Below are positions 62,404-64,000 of a stretch of 64,000 bases of DNA, piece after piece. The position numbers and the translations under genes are program-made. Position 1 is the first letter of the stretch. Each line of letters starts with the position of its first letter. The notes beneath the pieces were generated by a model. It searched no databases. It had not been told where the DNA came from and was given only the letters and a program-made list of their open reading frames with translations. The stretch is from Candidatus Gallimonas intestinalis (lineage in GTDB: Bacteria; Bacillota; Clostridia; Christensenellales; Borkfalkiaceae). The stretch is from the NCBI GenBank assembly GCA_904394655.1, contig CAJFNL010000003.1, positions 8,082 through 72,081 of the forward strand. Reading direction: 5' to 3'.

Positions 62404-63459
62404 TTATTCTATGCTCAGCTGCATGCCGCGGATCGCCTTTCCCGCATATTCCGCGCGGTAGGCATCCTGTCCTTGCTTGTCCAGCGGCGCCCCGTTGAGC
62501 CGATTGATGTTGGCGGGACGAAGGGTGGCAGCAAGCTCGTCAAGCTCTGTCATCCACTCATCATCCTCCCCCTCATCCGTGAAATATCCGAGCGCCAGCC
62601 CCAGTTTGACATCGGCAAGATGGCGCAAAAATTCATGTTCCTCCAGCAGACGGCAGTTCGTGAGCACTCCGTAGGCGCGGCATACTTTGTCGCGCAGAGC
62701 AATCCCCTCTTCCGCCTTCATGCGGGCGCGTTCCATAAGCTCCTCCTCCACGATGGATGCAACCGCGTCACCTACAATGGAGAGGATCTCCTCCTCTGAA
62801 ACGCCCAGCGTCACTTCATTGCTCACCTGAAAAAGATCACCCTCCGCACCGCTTCCTTCGCCGTAGGCTCCGCGCGACGTAAGTCCCAGCCGAAGAAGTT
62901 CGGGCACCACGTCCCGCGCCATCTTGCCCCGCCGCGAAAGCGCAGGCAGAAAGAGCATGACGGAAGCACGCAGTCCCGTTCCGAGGTTGGTGGGACATGC
63001 CGTAAGATATCCGAATTCCTCATCAAAGGCAAAGGGCACCGACTCCGAAATGGCGTCGTCCAGTCCCGTAATACGCTCCCATGCCCGCGCAAGGTCGAAC
63101 CCGTGCATGAAGTACTGTTCACGGACATGGTCCTCTTCGTTGATCATGACTGAGATGATCTCGTCCGAGGAAATCAGCGCCGATGAAATACGGCGGTTGC
63201 GGAGGAGATCGCGCGAAATAAGATTGCGCTCGGACAAGAGCGCCATGCGCTCGTCCGATAAGTTTTTGAGTTCGTACAGCGTAAACTGATCGACGCCCGA
63301 CAATGCCGCCGTGATAAGACGGACGATCTCCTTTGCCTGCTCTTCCGCATGAGCGTCCTTTAAAAGTCTGCCGGGGAACGGATAATCGGCAAAATTGCGC
63401 GCCAGCCGCATCCGCGTGGAGACAGCAACGCTTTCAAAGCTCTCCCGTACGGCGCTCAT
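62404..63459 (-). CDS. mcsB: protein arginine kinase McsB
   Basis: 351 aa. Guanido-kinase signature [21 protein letters not shown]. Confidence 0.9.
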   Translation of the reverse strand: MSAVRESFESVAVSTRMRLARNFADYPFPGRLLKDAHAEEQAKEIVRLITAALSGVDQFTLYELKNLSDERMALLSERNLISRDLLRNRRISSALISSDEIISVMINEEDHVREQYFMHGFDLARAWERITGLDDAISESVPFAFDEEFGYLTACPTNLGTGLRASVMLFLPALSRRGKMARDVVPELLRLGLTSRGAYGEGSGAEGDLFQVSNEVTLGVSEEEILSIVGDAVASIVEEELMERARMKAEEGIALRDKVCRAYGVLTNCRLLEEHEFLRHLADVKLGLALGYFTDEGEDDEWMTELDELAATLRPANINRLNGAPLDKQGQDAYRAEYAGKAIRGMQLSIE

Positions 63460-63938
63460 ACGTTTTCCTCCCGTTGCGCGGTAAGCGCACGCAGCTCCTG
63501 TTGCAATTTACGCGCCGCAGCATAGTCGTGTTCCCGCATCGCCGCCTCAAGCTGTTCCCGCAGGGACGCTCTGCGCGTGACATAGGCGCGCATGCGGTCA
63601 TAGTCCTCCTCTGTGCGCATCTCGGGACGCTTGCCCGTATGGCGCAATTTGCCCTGAATGCCGCGCACCGTGGAGCAAAGCTCCTCACGGAAAGCGTCAT
63701 AGCAACCCGCACACCCGAGAAGCCCCGTGCGGCGAAATTCCCCGAACGTCATGCCGCAGACAGGACAAGCCGCATCCTCTTTCCCCGCAGCACCCATACG
63801 TGAAGAAAACGTGCCGCTTTGTTTTTCGGAGTAAAGCATGCGGAAACAGGCGGGGCAGAGCTGAACAACAATCTCTCTCCCGTCCACATTTCTGACAAAT
63901 CTCTGCGCAGGATGCTTCCCGCAGTTTTCACAGAGCAT
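63456..63938 (-). CDS. mcsA: McsA (zinc-finger / UVR motif activator of McsB)
   Basis: 160 aa. CENCGK...CPAC and CPVCG...CAGC zinc pairs, plus a C-terminal UVR-like YAAARKLQQELRAL. 4-nt overlap with mcsB. Confidence 0.85.
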   Translation of the reverse strand: MLCENCGKHPAQRFVRNVDGREIVVQLCPACFRMLYSEKQSGTFSSRMGAAGKEDAACPVCGMTFGEFRRTGLLGCAGCYDAFREELCSTVRGIQGKLRHTGKRPEMRTEEDYDRMRAYVTRRASLREQLEAAMREHDYAAARKLQQELRALTAQREENV

Positions 63939-63974
63939 TTTTATCTTCCTCCGCCAAGCGGCTTTTCCTCCGCT

Positions 63975-64000
63975 TATTCAACGTTCACCGCTTCGAACCG
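63975..64000 (-). CDS. 3' end of an upstream gene (ctsR expected by synteny only)
   Basis: The minus strand reads ...F E A V N V E TAA, with the stop at 63977-63975. Too short to identify. Confidence 0.2.

Noticed and set aside
1-64000. Search for CRISPR arrays, rRNA, tRNA, tmRNA/RNase P/SRP RNA, IS elements and prophage structural genes.
   Set aside because: No regularly spaced direct repeats occur outside coding sequence; the only tandem repeats are in-frame, in the Big_2 gene and the small Cys-repeat gene. I saw no cloverleaf-like or rRNA-like conserved stretches, no transposase, and no capsid, tail or terminase-like ORFs. I could not run tRNAscan or Infernal, so small RNAs cannot be fully excluded.

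Overview
This is a chromosomal window from a moderately GC-rich Firmicutes/Clostridia-like genome. The lineage call rests on AGGAGG-type RBSs, lipobox lipoproteins, mcsA-mcsB-clpC, trmFO and hslVU.

- **1-21.4 kb (coding genes all on the minus strand except araC):** two carbohydrate-utilisation operons flank a divergent AraC regulator. Operon (i) is GH36 / TIM-barrel / MFS / SGNH / 2x GH43 / 2x TIM-barrel / Gfo-Idh-MocA. Operon (ii) is two ABC permeases / a large solute-binding lipoprotein / a GH43 lipoprotein / a CBM9-like lipoprotein / a 1309-aa Big_2 surface lipoprotein with an internal ~1.1-kb tandem duplication.
- **21.4-23.8 kb:** an accessory patch that opens with ~0.85 kb of AT-rich non-coding DNA. 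It holds a probable recombinase 3' relic, a long bipartite inverted repeat, a C9 tract, a DUF975 gene, a small Cys-repeat protein and an XRE regulator.
- **23.9-33.8 kb:** glyA, then an ECF sigma / anti-sigma / YfbK-type vWA lipoprotein operon divergent from a membrane HExxH peptidase. A Zn-ribbon-TM-BspA-LRR surface protein follows, preceded by a structured leader with an intrinsic terminator.
- **33.9-49.8 kb:** an uninterrupted minus-strand housekeeping block (trxA, hisS, hslUV, trmFO, topA, dprA, comM, a GT-C-like membrane protein, rplS, VanW, PHP, recF). It ends head-to-head with dnaA.
- **49.9-64 kb:** dnaA, mnmG, a ferritin-like protein, mtnN, luxS-ung-apgM, an acidic hypothetical protein, and clpC-mcsB-mcsA.

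I saw no rRNA, tRNA, CRISPR array or intact mobile element.

The best candidates for something new are:
- the structured attenuator-like leader upstream of the LRR gene;
- the glycoside operon that pairs a Gfo/Idh/MocA enzyme with three xylose-isomerase-like TIM barrels;
- the lipoprotein-rich ABC polysaccharide locus;
- the ECF / anti-sigma / vWA module with its divergent metallopeptidase;
- the non-canonical recF<>dnaA>mnmG arrangement without dnaN or visible DnaA boxes.

All functional calls come from motif recognition by eye. No database search was run.
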